Of a stretch of 64,000 nt of DNA, positions 8,977-21,216 are shown piece after piece; position 1 is the first letter of the stretch; each line of letters starts with the position of its first letter. Both the position numbers and the translations under genes were made by a program. Where the stretch lies: assembly GCA_910584155.1 (NCBI GenBank), contig CAJTYG010000007.1, forward strand, positions 65,848 through 129,847, in the 5' to 3' direction. The DNA comes from an uncultured Christensenella sp. Its GTDB lineage: Bacteria > Bacillota > Clostridia > Christensenellales > CAG-917. The notes under the pieces were generated by a model. The model saw nothing but the letters and a program-made list of their open reading frames with translations. It ran no database searches and was not told where the DNA came from.

Positions 8977-9656
8977 TGCCCATACGACTTGACGAAAGAC
9001 TGACCGCTATCGCAAGCCTTATAGACTACGGCTGCGTGGCGGACGTGGGCTGCGACCACGGCAAGCTTGGCTTTTATCTGCTAAGCACCGACAGGGCAAG
9101 CAAGGTCATAGCGACCGATATCAGCGCAGAAAGCTTGAAAAAAGCGCAGCAGCTTGCCTTTGACAACGACGTAGATATGCAGACAAGGCTTGGCGACGGG
9201 CTTACGCCCGTTGCGGACGGCGAGGCGGATACGGTCGTAATAGCGGGGCTCGGCGGCGACGTCATTTCAAAAATACTTGCGGGCGCACGTGCGGATAAAA
9301 AGCGATTTAAGCACTTTGTACTGTCGCCTAATACGCATCCCGAAAAGGTGCGCAGAGAGCTGAATATAAGCGGACACAGAATAAACCTCGACGACATCGT
9401 CGAGTGCGCAGGCAAGCGATATACGCTCATCAAAACCGAGCAGGGCGAACAGACGCTCGACGAGCTTCAAATTATGTTCGGCACGTTTTACAAGTCAAGC
9501 GGAAGCTTCTTAAAATATGCCGCAGAAGAGCTTGCATACAAAAAAAGCATACTCGCATCAAACGCTTCCGACGAGCTTGCCGACCGTGTGGCGCTTTTGG
9601 AAAAAGCAATACAAAACGCAAAGGAGAGCCAAAATGAAGATAAAACAAATCGTTGA
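8976..9656 (+). CDS. trmK: tRNA (adenine22-N1)-methyltransferase TrmK family
   Basis: RLxxIASLI...VADVGCDHGKL and VIAGLGG motifs. Position after sigA matches yqfN in B. subtilis. TGATG overlap with sigA. Confidence 0.8.
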   Translation: MPIRLDERLTAIASLIDYGCVADVGCDHGKLGFYLLSTDRASKVIATDISAESLKKAQQLAFDNDVDMQTRLGDGLTPVADGEADTVVIAGLGGDVISKILAGARADKKRFKHFVLSPNTHPEKVRRELNISGHRINLDDIVECAGKRYTLIKTEQGEQTLDELQIMFGTFYKSSGSFLKYAAEELAYKKSILASNASDELADRVALLEKAIQNAKESQNEDKTNR

Positions 9657-10386
9657 CGTCATAGAAAATGCGGCGCCGCTCTCGCTTGCGGAGGAATGGG
9701 ACAACGTCGGACTTATGGTGGGCGACTTAAACGGCGAGTGTACGGGTGTTATGCTTGCGCTCGACCTCACGGCAGACGTTGTAAAGCAGGCGATAGAGCA
9801 AGGGTGCGAGCTGATAGTTACGCACCACCCGTTTATATTCCGTCCGCTGAAGCGTATCGATTTTGGCGAGGCGAAGGGCGCAACGATAAAGCTGCTGATA
9901 CAAAATGGGATAAGTGTGTATTCTGCGCATACAAACCTTGACAAGTCCGAGCGTGGGCTCAACGCTGCGCTATGCAGACTGTTTAAGGCAAAATCGTTTG
10001 CTATGGACGGCGTAGGGGCAATATTTACCGTGGATAAAACCACTCTTGCCGATTTTGCAAAGCGCACCGCAAGCTTGCTCGGCGACAAAAGTGTGCGTAT
10101 GATAGGCGACCCCGACAGGACGGTAGAGCGTGTGTACGTAGTGAGCGGCAGCGGCGGAAGCGAATATAGCGCTGCTATGAAGTGTGCGGACGTGCTGCTC
10201 ACTGGCGACCTGAAGCACCACAACTATATAGACGCAATAGAGGACGGCTTTGCGCTTGTTGAATATTCGCACTTCGCAAGCGAAATAATTGCGCAGGACG
10301 TGCTTGAGGGTATTTTAAAGGAAACAAATATAAAAATAATAAAGGCAAAACAGAGCAGTCCTTTCAGACTGTTGGAGGAAATATGA
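9634..10386 (+). CDS. Nif3-like dinuclear metal centre protein (YqfO/GTP cyclohydrolase 1 type 2 homologue)
   Basis: MKIKQIVDVIENAAPLSLAEEWDNVGLMVGD and VTHHP motifs. The ATG at 9634 has AAGGAGAG upstream. The track ORF that starts at 9517 overlaps trmK. Confidence 0.85.
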   Translation: MKIKQIVDVIENAAPLSLAEEWDNVGLMVGDLNGECTGVMLALDLTADVVKQAIEQGCELIVTHHPFIFRPLKRIDFGEAKGATIKLLIQNGISVYSAHTNLDKSERGLNAALCRLFKAKSFAMDGVGAIFTVDKTTLADFAKRTASLLGDKSVRMIGDPDRTVERVYVVSGSGGSEYSAAMKCADVLLTGDLKHHNYIDAIEDGFALVEYSHFASEIIAQDVLEGILKETNIKIIKAKQSSPFRLLEEI

Positions 10387-11096
10387 AATTTGACAAGATT
10401 TTGCAGTACCAAAAGATAGAACAAGAGGCTTTGTCACTCAAGGCGGAAATGGCAAAAAGCGAGGCGTGGCAGAGATTTCAGGACGCTCAGTCAAAGCTTG
10501 AGGCAGCTACGGCAAGCATAGGCAAGCTTACAAACGAGGCAAACGAGCTGCTCAAAAACTATGAGAAAATGAGAAGCAGGATAGACGCTATAAAGAGCGA
10601 GCTTGCCGATTTTGACGGCATTCTCGAGGGCGTACAGGATGTGACCGAGGCGGACTATTATCTGAAGCTGATAAGCGCAATATCCGAAAAGCTTACCGCT
10701 CTTGAAAAAGAGGCAAACGGCGTTGCGAGCAGGATAGACCAAATCAACAGCGCATACAGCAAGACGTGGGAGCAGGGCGTAAGGGCAACGCAGGCATGCA
10801 AAAACGCAAAGGCGGAATACGGCAAATATGCAGCCGCCTTCAAGGACAGATTTGACGAAATGCAAAAGCAGCTCATTGCGCTTGCAAAGGAAATTCCGGA
10901 CGATATAATGAGCGAATACAATAGGCTCAAAAGGTCGCAGAAGCTGCCGATTTACGTCAAATTCGACGCAGAACACAAGGTGTGCGGACGTTGCCGCACC
11001 GAGGTTTCAAACGACGTATGCGCAAAGCTCAAAGCCCCCGGCGATTATGCCGAGTGCCCGAATTGCCGCCGCATACTTTATGTAGCAGAAAACTAA
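10383..11096 (+). CDS. Coiled-coil protein with a C-terminal C4 zinc ribbon (COG1579-like)
   Basis: Long K/E/A-rich helical region followed by CGRC...CPNC. Families of this type commonly sit next to nif3. Confidence 0.7.
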   Translation: MKFDKILQYQKIEQEALSLKAEMAKSEAWQRFQDAQSKLEAATASIGKLTNEANELLKNYEKMRSRIDAIKSELADFDGILEGVQDVTEADYYLKLISAISEKLTALEKEANGVASRIDQINSAYSKTWEQGVRATQACKNAKAEYGKYAAAFKDRFDEMQKQLIALAKEIPDDIMSEYNRLKRSQKLPIYVKFDAEHKVCGRCRTEVSNDVCAKLKAPGDYAECPNCRRILYVAEN

Positions 11097-11160
11097 ACCG
11101 ACGCTTTATCCTGTCATTTTGACGGGATAAAACGGCATTATAAAAAATATCAAAGCATAA

Positions 11161-14193
<3,033 letters not shown>

Positions 14194-14225
14194 TTAAATT
14201 TGAATTTAAATTGTTTAGATGACTG

Positions 14226-14251
14226 AAAAGCGTGGCAATAGCCACGTTTTT
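14226..14251. terminator. Bidirectional intrinsic terminator between the convergent lacZ and pnuC genes
   Basis: AAAAGCGTGGC-aata-GCCACGTTTTT: a perfect stem flanked by an A-run and a T-run. Confidence 0.85.
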
Positions 14252-15072
14252 CATTCGTTTGGAATTTGGTTTTCGTCTTCCGATATATCATCATCGAAAG
14301 TGGGTTCTTCTGTATCGCAAGCGGTTTCTTCCGTATTGCCAGTGGGCTTTTCCGTATTGCAGGCGGGTTCTTCGGTGTTTTGCGACTGCGCTTTTTTCAT
14401 TTTGCACCAACTGATAAAGCCATAGATGTCGTTTACAAGAAACATCGCAAAGCAGGTGACCATTGGCAGATATGAGATATCCTCGAGGGTGGCAAGCACC
14501 CAAAGCACTATCAGTATTATGTCGTTTGCCGAATATGCTATCGCATACCACGGCGAACGCAAAAAGGTGAGATAACATGCAAGAAAGCTTGTTGTAACCG
14601 ACAGCGTGCTCACTGCAAGGTTTGGAGTGTTTAGCGCACGCAGAATAAAATAAAATGCGACGGTCACTGCGGCGGTGCAGGTAAGCATAACGGCGATTTT
14701 CTTTTTTGTGAGTGAGGCAACTTTCACTTGTCCGCTTTTTCCGTATGGATTTTTAAGCCATGAAAACACGGACATAAGCGCTATAGGTCCCGACATAAAG
14801 GCATAGGTGATAAACTCGCTGTAATATCTGAAAAGATAGGAAACTATGCTGTAAAACACTGCAAAAATCACCATTATGATTTCGCCGACCACCTGACCGT
14901 TTGCGTGCAGTATGAGCGAGGTCACGCCGACCACTGCGGATACGAAGGTGAGGGGATCCTTCCAACCCGTGAGTCCAAATGCGACAATATTGACGGCTAT
15001 GGACACCGCCCACAAAATGTAGTCTCTCGCCTTTAGCGATTTAAAAGGATTTGCTATCACAAGCTTTTTCAT
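14251..15072 (-). CDS. pnuC: PnuC-family nicotinamide riboside (or related vitamin) transporter with an acidic repeat tail
   Basis: Multi-TM protein with PnuC-like motifs (SWLKNPY, AYSANDIILIVLWV, LVNDIYGFISW). The C-terminal tail is NTEEPAC/NTEKPTG/NTEETAC/DTEEPTF. Confidence 0.8.
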   Translation of the reverse strand: MKKLVIANPFKSLKARDYILWAVSIAVNIVAFGLTGWKDPLTFVSAVVGVTSLILHANGQVVGEIIMVIFAVFYSIVSYLFRYYSEFITYAFMSGPIALMSVFSWLKNPYGKSGQVKVASLTKKKIAVMLTCTAAVTVAFYFILRALNTPNLAVSTLSVTTSFLACYLTFLRSPWYAIAYSANDIILIVLWVLATLEDISYLPMVTCFAMFLVNDIYGFISWCKMKKAQSQNTEEPACNTEKPTGNTEETACDTEEPTFDDDISEDENQIPNE

Positions 15073-15083
15073 TTGCTCCGTCC

Positions 15084-15143
15084 AAAAAAATAAGCATCCG
15101 ATATGATACGACTTCTAAGACCTAATGACGTATCGACGAATGC
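15084..15143 (-). terminator. Intrinsic terminator inside the pnuC 5' leader (attenuator or riboswitch expression platform)
   Basis: On the minus strand: GCATTCG..GATACG-18 nt-CGTATC..CGGATGC followed by TTATTTTTTT. It ends 12 nt before the pnuC start codon. Confidence 0.7.
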
Positions 15144-15188
15144 TGTGCATTACACTACCCGGTGGCAGTTAAGTTCGATTTCATCCAT

Positions 15189-15217
15189 AATATAGCACAG
15201 CGCACGCAGTCAGTCAA
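15189..15217 (-). promoter_or_regulatory. Sigma-A-type promoter for pnuC
   Basis: Minus strand TTGACT-17 nt-TATATT. Confidence 0.65.
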
Positions 15218-15239
15218 CTATTTGAATGTGCAATTTTGA

Positions 15240-15268
15240 TTGACTTTATTTATACACAAAACTATAAT
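15240..15268 (+). promoter_or_regulatory. Sigma-A-type promoter for thrS
   Basis: TTGACT-17 nt-TATAAT, about 70 nt upstream of the thrS ATG. Confidence 0.7.
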
Positions 15269-15339
15269 GATTAGTGCTCGTAAAGAGCAAATATTAAATT
15301 GCGTACAACCCTTTGTGAGGTTGATTGCGCGGAGGTTTT

Positions 15340-17277
15340 ATGGAAATCGAATTGAAAGACGGCAGCAAACTGTCACTTGACGGCGCTATGAGCGCTTACG
15401 AGGTGGCAAAACACATCAGCGAGGGTCTGGCAAGAGCGGCAATCGTATGCAAGATTGACGGACAGCTCGCATCAATGGATACGGTGGTCGACGGGGACTG
15501 CAAGTTTGAGGTTTTCACCTTTGACAGCGAAGAAGGCAAGCGTGTATATCGCCACACCTGCGCACACATTCTTGCACAGGCGGTCAAGACTGTATATCCT
15601 ACCGTACATTTTGCAATAGGACCGGCGGTTGACAACGGCTTCTATTATGATTTTGATTTTAAGACGCCCATCACACAGGCTGATTTTGACAAGATCGAAG
15701 CGGAAATGAAGAGCATTATCAAGGCAAATCTGCCCATAAAGCGAATGGTCGTTACACGTGCCGAGGCAGAAAAGATCATCGCCAAAATGAAGCAGCCGTA
15801 CAAGGTTGAGTTGCTTGCGGATATCCCCGAAGGCGAGGAAATAAGCTTTTATCAGCAGGGCGATTTCATAGATTTGTGCAGCGGACCGCATCTCACCTCA
15901 ACGGGCAAAATAAAGGCGTTTAAGCTGACTTCGCTTACGGGCGCATATTGGAGAGGCAACGAAAAGAACAAGATGCTCACCCGTATTTACGGCACTGCGT
16001 TTGAGAAGAAAGCGGATCTTGACGAGTATCTCACAAAGCTTGAGGAAGCCAAAATGCGTGACCATAACAAGGTAGGCAGAGAGCTTGGTTTCTTTATGAC
16101 GGATGAAAATATCGGTCAGGGCTTGCCGCTTATTATGCCTAAGGGCGCAAGAGTGATACAGCTTATGCAGCGTTTTGTCGAGGATGAGGAGCAAAAGAGA
16201 GGCTATCTGCTCACCAAAACGCCTATAATGACAAAAAACAATCTGTTTATCACTTCGGGACACTGGGATCACTACAAGGACAAGATGTTCTATATAGGCG
16301 AGGAAGACGTTGACGATGAAATTTTGTGTCTGCGTCCTATGACCTGTCCCTTGCAGTTTACAATTTACAAAAACGGTCTTAAGAGCTACCGTGATCTGCC
16401 TGTACGCTATGCGGAAACCGCAACGGAATTCCGCAAGGAAGCAAGCGGCGAAATGCACGGACTTACGAGAATACGTCAGTTTACGCTTGCGGACGGACAC
16501 ATTGTCTGCACTCCCGATCAGCTTGAAAAGGAATTTCAGGGTTGCGTAGACCTCATCAAGTATCTTGCGGGCGTGTTTGGCATTGCAGATGATATTTGGT
16601 ATCGCTTCTCACGTTGGGATCCCAAAAACAGCGATAAGTACGTCGGCACCGCAGAGGAATGGGAAAGAGTTGAAAACACTATGAAAAATATCCTCGACGA
16701 CCTCGGTATAAAATACGAAGAGGCGTGGGGCGAAGCCGCCTTCTACGGACCAAAGCTCGACGTGCAGGGCAGAAATGTTCACGGCAAAGAGGATACGCTG
16801 TTCACGGTGCAGATAGACTTCTCGCTTGCAAAGCGCTTCGATATGATTTATATAGACGAAAACGGCGAAAAGGCTGTGCCTTATATCATTCACAGAAGCT
16901 CTATCGGCTGCTATGAGCGCACGCTCGGAATGCTGATAGAAAAATACAACGGCGCATTCCCGATGTGGCTTGCTCCCGAGCAGGTGCGTGTGCTGTCCCT
17001 TACCGACCGCACGGTGGATATCGTAAACGAAATCACCGAGATGCTCCGTTCGGCAGGTCTGCGTGCAGAGGCGGACGTCCGCAGCGAAAAGCTCGGCAAA
17101 AAGATTCGTGAAGCTCAGCTTGAAAAAGTGCCTTATATCCTTGTCGTAGGCGATAAGGAAGCGGAACAGAACGTAGTTGCGGTACGTCACCGCAGCGAGG
17201 GCGATCTCGGCACGATGTCGGTGCCCGACTTTGTTTCTAAGTGTCTGCTTGAGATAGCGACAAAGCAAATCAAGTAA
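15340..17277 (+). CDS. thrS: Threonine--tRNA ligase
   Basis: TGS-like N-terminus, class II core and anticodon-binding domain (RHTCAHILAQA, RIRQFTLADGHI, GAFPMWLAPEQV). The ATG at 15340 follows GGAGG. The TTG at 15325 in the track is unlikely to be the start. Confidence 0.95.
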   Translation: MEIELKDGSKLSLDGAMSAYEVAKHISEGLARAAIVCKIDGQLASMDTVVDGDCKFEVFTFDSEEGKRVYRHTCAHILAQAVKTVYPTVHFAIGPAVDNGFYYDFDFKTPITQADFDKIEAEMKSIIKANLPIKRMVVTRAEAEKIIAKMKQPYKVELLADIPEGEEISFYQQGDFIDLCSGPHLTSTGKIKAFKLTSLTGAYWRGNEKNKMLTRIYGTAFEKKADLDEYLTKLEEAKMRDHNKVGRELGFFMTDENIGQGLPLIMPKGARVIQLMQRFVEDEEQKRGYLLTKTPIMTKNNLFITSGHWDHYKDKMFYIGEEDVDDEILCLRPMTCPLQFTIYKNGLKSYRDLPVRYAETATEFRKEASGEMHGLTRIRQFTLADGHIVCTPDQLEKEFQGCVDLIKYLAGVFGIADDIWYRFSRWDPKNSDKYVGTAEEWERVENTMKNILDDLGIKYEEAWGEAAFYGPKLDVQGRNVHGKEDTLFTVQIDFSLAKRFDMIYIDENGEKAVPYIIHRSSIGCYERTLGMLIEKYNGAFPMWLAPEQVRVLSLTDRTVDIVNEITEMLRSAGLRAEADVRSEKLGKKIREAQLEKVPYILVVGDKEAEQNVVAVRHRSEGDLGTMSVPDFVSKCLLEIATKQIK

Positions 17278-17302
17278 CAACAAATAAACAACCGTAGCAA
17301 TG

Positions 17303-17340
17303 ACAATGTTCGCAGATAAAGCGGACATTGTTTTTATTTA
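17303..17340 (+). terminator. thrS intrinsic terminator
   Basis: ACAATGTTCGC-agataaa-GCGGACATTGT followed by TTTTTATTTA. Confidence 0.85.
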
Positions 17341-17510
17341 TCCGCAGAATGTCATTAAAATACGGCAATGTGGCGGGAAGCATATTGGTGTCGCTGTGCT
17401 TATTAGTTAAATAGTGTAAAGTTTTATATTGATATCTACACAATAAATGTCGATGTATTTGGAAATACTAAAAAATATAAAAATTATATAAAAAATTTAG
17501 TCCTAATCTA

Positions 17511-17539
17511 TTGACTTTTGGCAAAAGAAACAATATACT
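17511..17539 (+). promoter_or_regulatory. Sigma-A-type promoter of the hrcA-dnaK operon
   Basis: TTGACT-17 nt-TATACT, immediately upstream of the CIRCE element. Confidence 0.75.
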
Positions 17540-17540
17540 G

Positions 17541-17567
17541 TTAGCAGTCGATATAAAAGAGTGCTAA
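17541..17567 (+). promoter_or_regulatory. CIRCE operator (HrcA binding site)
   Basis: TTAGCAGTC-N9-GAGTGCTAA, compared with the consensus TTAGCACTC-N9-GAGTGCTAA. Confidence 0.9.
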
Positions 17568-17583
17568 AAATAAAGGAGCGATT

Positions 17584-18636
17584 ATGTCAAAGGAATTGTC
17601 CGAAAGAAAAAAGAGAATTCTGCACGCATTGGTGGATCTGTACATCACGACAGGTCAGCCTGTGTCGAGCTCTGACATTCAAAGCAAGTATTTGCCCGAG
17701 GTCAGCTCCGCAACGGTTCGCTCTGAGCTTAGTGCACTCGAGGCTCTCGGATATATCGATCAGCCGCATACTTCGGCGGGCAGAGTTCCGCTCAAGCCTG
17801 CATACAGGTTTTATGTGGAAAGCATAGACGCCGATGCGGAAACTATGCTCACCGACCGTGAAACCGAGCTCATCAGACAGAGATTTATGCAAAAGCTCGG
17901 GCACGTTGAGGACCTGTCCAAAGAGGCGGCAAAGGTCATCAGCGATATGACGAATTATACCTCGTTTTTCATCGAAAAGTCCGTTGTCAATGTGGAAATA
18001 GACGAGATAAAGCTTGTGCCGCTAAAGGGAAATAAAGCGCTTGTGCTCATCATCACAAACAAGGGCGTGATAGCAAACAAGGCTATCGATATGAAGGACG
18101 GCGTAAAGGACGAGTATATCGACACCGCAAGCAATATCCTCAACAAGGTGTTTGCGGGCAGGCACGTCGAGGATATGGATAAATTTGACCTTAGCGAAAT
18201 AGACTTGGAAATTCAAGGCTTTCAGGATATTTTGGACGAGGTGCTTGGAATACTGCGCATATACATCAACGAGCACAGCGACAACAACGTATTCGTCGAG
18301 GGTGCGCTCAAAATGCTTGACTATCCCGAGTACAACAACGTCGAGGACGCCAAAAACTTTTTGTCGGTCATATCCGACAGGGACAGTATGTCGGAGCTGT
18401 TTATCGACGACGATACGAGCATAGAGTTTTCGGTGCGAATAGGCAAGGAAGACAGCGGCGTGGACAAATGCGCTATCATCACGGCATCCTACAAGGTTGG
18501 GGACGACGTGATGGGGCAGGCGGGGGTCATAGGTCCCGAACGAATGGACTACAAAAAGGTCATCGGAGTGCTGGACTATATGAAAAAGACTCTTACTGCC
18601 GTAATAGAAAACAACGACGATAACGACGAGGACTGA
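17584..18636 (+). CDS. hrcA: Heat-inducible transcription repressor HrcA
   Basis: N-terminus ERKKRILHALVDLYITTGQPVSSSDI. Position ahead of grpE-dnaK-dnaJ with CIRCE upstream. Confidence 0.95.
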   Translation: MSKELSERKKRILHALVDLYITTGQPVSSSDIQSKYLPEVSSATVRSELSALEALGYIDQPHTSAGRVPLKPAYRFYVESIDADAETMLTDRETELIRQRFMQKLGHVEDLSKEAAKVISDMTNYTSFFIEKSVVNVEIDEIKLVPLKGNKALVLIITNKGVIANKAIDMKDGVKDEYIDTASNILNKVFAGRHVEDMDKFDLSEIDLEIQGFQDILDEVLGILRIYINEHSDNNVFVEGALKMLDYPEYNNVEDAKNFLSVISDRDSMSELFIDDDTSIEFSVRIGKEDSGVDKCAIITASYKVGDDVMGQAGVIGPERMDYKKVIGVLDYMKKTLTAVIENNDDNDED

Positions 18637-18637
18637 G

Positions 18638-19219
18638 ATGAAAAAAAACGAAGAAGAAAAACTGAATAATGAGCAAGAGGTCGAAACCGCTGCGGAAGCA
18701 GAAGTTGAGGAAGCCGAAGAAGTTGACCTCGGCATTATGAGAGAGGGTATGTCCGATGAGGATTATATATCCGCTCTCGAGGAAAAGCTTGGAAAGACCA
18801 TCGCAGAGCTCAGCTCCTGCACGGCGCTTATGCAGCGTTTGCAGGCGGACTTTGACAACTATCGCAAGCGCAACGCATCGCTTGCGGAGGATATGAAACA
18901 GCTCGGTCAGACGATAGTGATAGAAAAGCTGCTGAGCGTGCTTGACAACTGCGATCTCGCAAGAAAGTTTTTGCAGGACGAAGCGTCGCTCACGGGCTTC
19001 AATATGATGGAAACGCAGATACTCAGCGCTCTCGAGGGCTTTGGACTCGAGGCGGTAAAGACCGAGGATGCCGACTTTGACGCAAAGCTTATGAGCGCAG
19101 TTGAGCGTGTAAAGTGCGAGGGCAAAAACGGCAAGGTCATGGAAACGCTTGCAAAGGGCTATATGCTGAACGGAAAGCTTTTGCGTCCCGCAAGCGTTAA
19201 GGTAGGATACAGCGAATAA
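18638..19219 (+). CDS. grpE: Nucleotide exchange factor GrpE
   Basis: RLQADFDNYRKR motif and operon position. Confidence 0.95.
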   Translation: MKKNEEEKLNNEQEVETAAEAEVEEAEEVDLGIMREGMSDEDYISALEEKLGKTIAELSSCTALMQRLQADFDNYRKRNASLAEDMKQLGQTIVIEKLLSVLDNCDLARKFLQDEASLTGFNMMETQILSALEGFGLEAVKTEDADFDAKLMSAVERVKCEGKNGKVMETLAKGYMLNGKLLRPASVKVGYSE

Positions 19220-19281
19220 TACGCTTCGGCGTAAAAAATAAATAAAATGTGCTTCCCGAAATCGGGAAAAGGAGAATAAAA

Positions 19282-21117
19282 ATGGGAAAAATCATCGGCA
19301 TTGACTTAGGTACAACCAACTCATGTGTGGCGGTTATGGAAGGCGGCGAGGCTGTCGTAATTCCAAACGCAGAGGGCAGCAGAACAACTCCGTCTGTAGT
19401 AGCGTTCACAAAAGACGGCGAAAGGCTTGTCGGCGAGATCGCAAAGCGTCAGGCAGTTGCAAACCCTGAACACACCGTAAGCTCTATCAAGAGAGAAATG
19501 GGCTCCGATTATAAGGTGAAGATCGACGACAAAAACTTCACTCCGCAGGAAATATCCGCAATGATACTTACAAAGCTGAAGAACGACGCTGAAAAGTATC
19601 TTGGCGAAAAGGTGACCGAGGCAGTCATCACAGTGCCTGCATATTTTACAGACGCACAGCGTCAGGCAACAAAGGACGCAGGTAAGATCGCAGGTCTTGA
19701 CGTAAAGCGTATCATCAACGAGCCTACGGCAGCGTCGCTTGCATACGGCATTGATAAGGACGAAAACAAATCTCAAAAGGTGCTCATATTCGACCTCGGC
19801 GGCGGCACGTTCGACGTATCCCTGCTTGAGCTTGGCGACGGAGTATTCGAGGTGCTTGCAACGGCAGGTAACAACCGTCTCGGCGGCGACGACTTCGACA
19901 AGCGCATAATGGATTGGGTGGTTTCCGAGTTTAAGGCGACCAACGGCGTCGACCTGTCAAAGGATAAGATGGCTATGCAGCGTATAAAGGAAGCTGCAGA
20001 AAAGGCAAAGATAGACCTTTCGGGCGTGACAAAAGCAAAGATTTCGCTGCCGTTCATCGCAATGAACAACGGCGTGCCTATGCACCTCGATATGGATCTT
20101 ACACGTGCAAAATTCGACTCGCTCACGCAAGACCTTGTTAACGCAACTATCAAGCCTATGCAACAGGCTTTGAGCGACGCAGGGCTTGACTACAGCGCAG
20201 TGTCAAAGGTCATAATGGTCGGCGGCTCCACACGTATCCCCGCAGTGTACGACACTGTGAAGAAGGTCACGGGCAAAGAGCCCTATAAGGGAATCAACCC
20301 CGACGAATGCGTTGCGCTCGGCGCTGCAATTCAGGGCGGCGTGCTCGCAGGCGAAGTAAAGGATATGCTGCTTTTGGACGTCACGCCTCTGTCGCTCGGT
20401 ATCGAGACGCTTGGCGGAATCTGCACAAAGCTTATAGAGAGAAACACGACTATTCCTACAAGCAAGTCGCAGGTGTTCAGCACCGCTGCGGACAATCAGA
20501 CCGCTGTCGATATCCACGTCTTGCAGGGCGAGAGACAGTTTGCAAGAGACAATAAAACTCTTGGCAGATTCGAGCTTGTCGGTATTGCTCCCGCACCGAG
20601 AGGAATACCGCAGATAGAAGTCACGTTCGACATCGACGCAAACGGTATCGTGTCCGTCAAGGCTATGGATAAGGCAACTAACAAGTCGCAGTCAATCACT
20701 ATCACTGCTTCGTCAAACCTCACCGAGGACGATATAAACAAAGCAGTCAAGGACGCAGAAATGTACGCAGAGGAAGATAAGAAGCGCAAGGCTATCGTGG
20801 ACGCCAAAAACAATGCGGAACAGCTCATCCTTGCTATGGACAAGTTTGTAAGCGAAAACGGCGATAAGATCGAGGAAGCGGATAAGACCGCTATCGAGGA
20901 AGCAGTAAAGACCGCACGTGTCGAGCTTGAAACGGCAGAGACGGAAGAGCAGGTCAAGGAGCTTATCGAAAAGATGACAAAGGTCAGCGATCCTATCATC
21001 ACCAAATTTTATCAGTCCAACCCCGAGGCAATGCAGGAGGCTATGAAAAACGCAGGCATAAACCCCGAGGATATGCCAAACGGCGACAAGGACGGAATGG
21101 ACGGCACAGTTGACTGA
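19282..21117 (+). CDS. dnaK: Molecular chaperone DnaK (Hsp70)
   Basis: [17 protein letters not shown] and VGGSTRIP motifs. The ATG at 19282 follows GGAGAA. Confidence 0.97.
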   Translation: MGKIIGIDLGTTNSCVAVMEGGEAVVIPNAEGSRTTPSVVAFTKDGERLVGEIAKRQAVANPEHTVSSIKREMGSDYKVKIDDKNFTPQEISAMILTKLKNDAEKYLGEKVTEAVITVPAYFTDAQRQATKDAGKIAGLDVKRIINEPTAASLAYGIDKDENKSQKVLIFDLGGGTFDVSLLELGDGVFEVLATAGNNRLGGDDFDKRIMDWVVSEFKATNGVDLSKDKMAMQRIKEAAEKAKIDLSGVTKAKISLPFIAMNNGVPMHLDMDLTRAKFDSLTQDLVNATIKPMQQALSDAGLDYSAVSKVIMVGGSTRIPAVYDTVKKVTGKEPYKGINPDECVALGAAIQGGVLAGEVKDMLLLDVTPLSLGIETLGGICTKLIERNTTIPTSKSQVFSTAADNQTAVDIHVLQGERQFARDNKTLGRFELVGIAPAPRGIPQIEVTFDIDANGIVSVKAMDKATNKSQSITITASSNLTEDDINKAVKDAEMYAEEDKKRKAIVDAKNNAEQLILAMDKFVSENGDKIEEADKTAIEEAVKTARVELETAETEEQVKELIEKMTKVSDPIITKFYQSNPEAMQEAMKNAGINPEDMPNGDKDGMDGTVD

Positions 21118-21169
21118 TAACGTACTTTATCGCATAAAAATGAACAATTAAAGTGCAAAATTGTAGTAT

Positions 21170-21197
21170 TTAGCGCAACGGACACCCGTTGCGCTAA
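21170..21197 (+). promoter_or_regulatory. 12-bp perfect hairpin between dnaK and dnaJ (possible partial terminator or processing site)
   Basis: TTAGCGCAACGG-acac-CCGTTGCGCTAA. No clear U-tract follows. Confidence 0.5.
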
Positions 21198-21216
21198 GGC
21201 GTAAATAAAATAGACT

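Noticed and set aside
14290-14370. Roughly 21-bp imperfect repeats at the pnuC 3' end, encoding NTEEPAC/NTEKPTG/NTEETAC/DTEEPTF.
   Set aside because: They are real but short and degenerate, and are likely just a disordered acidic cytoplasmic tail. There is not enough signal to propose a function.
15073-15188. Identification of the pnuC leader as the NAD+-II (pnuC motif) riboswitch.
   Set aside because: I cannot reproduce the consensus from memory well enough. That motif is reported mainly from streptococci and acts at the RBS, whereas this leader carries a classical terminator. It is left as an unclassified leader pending a covariance-model scan.
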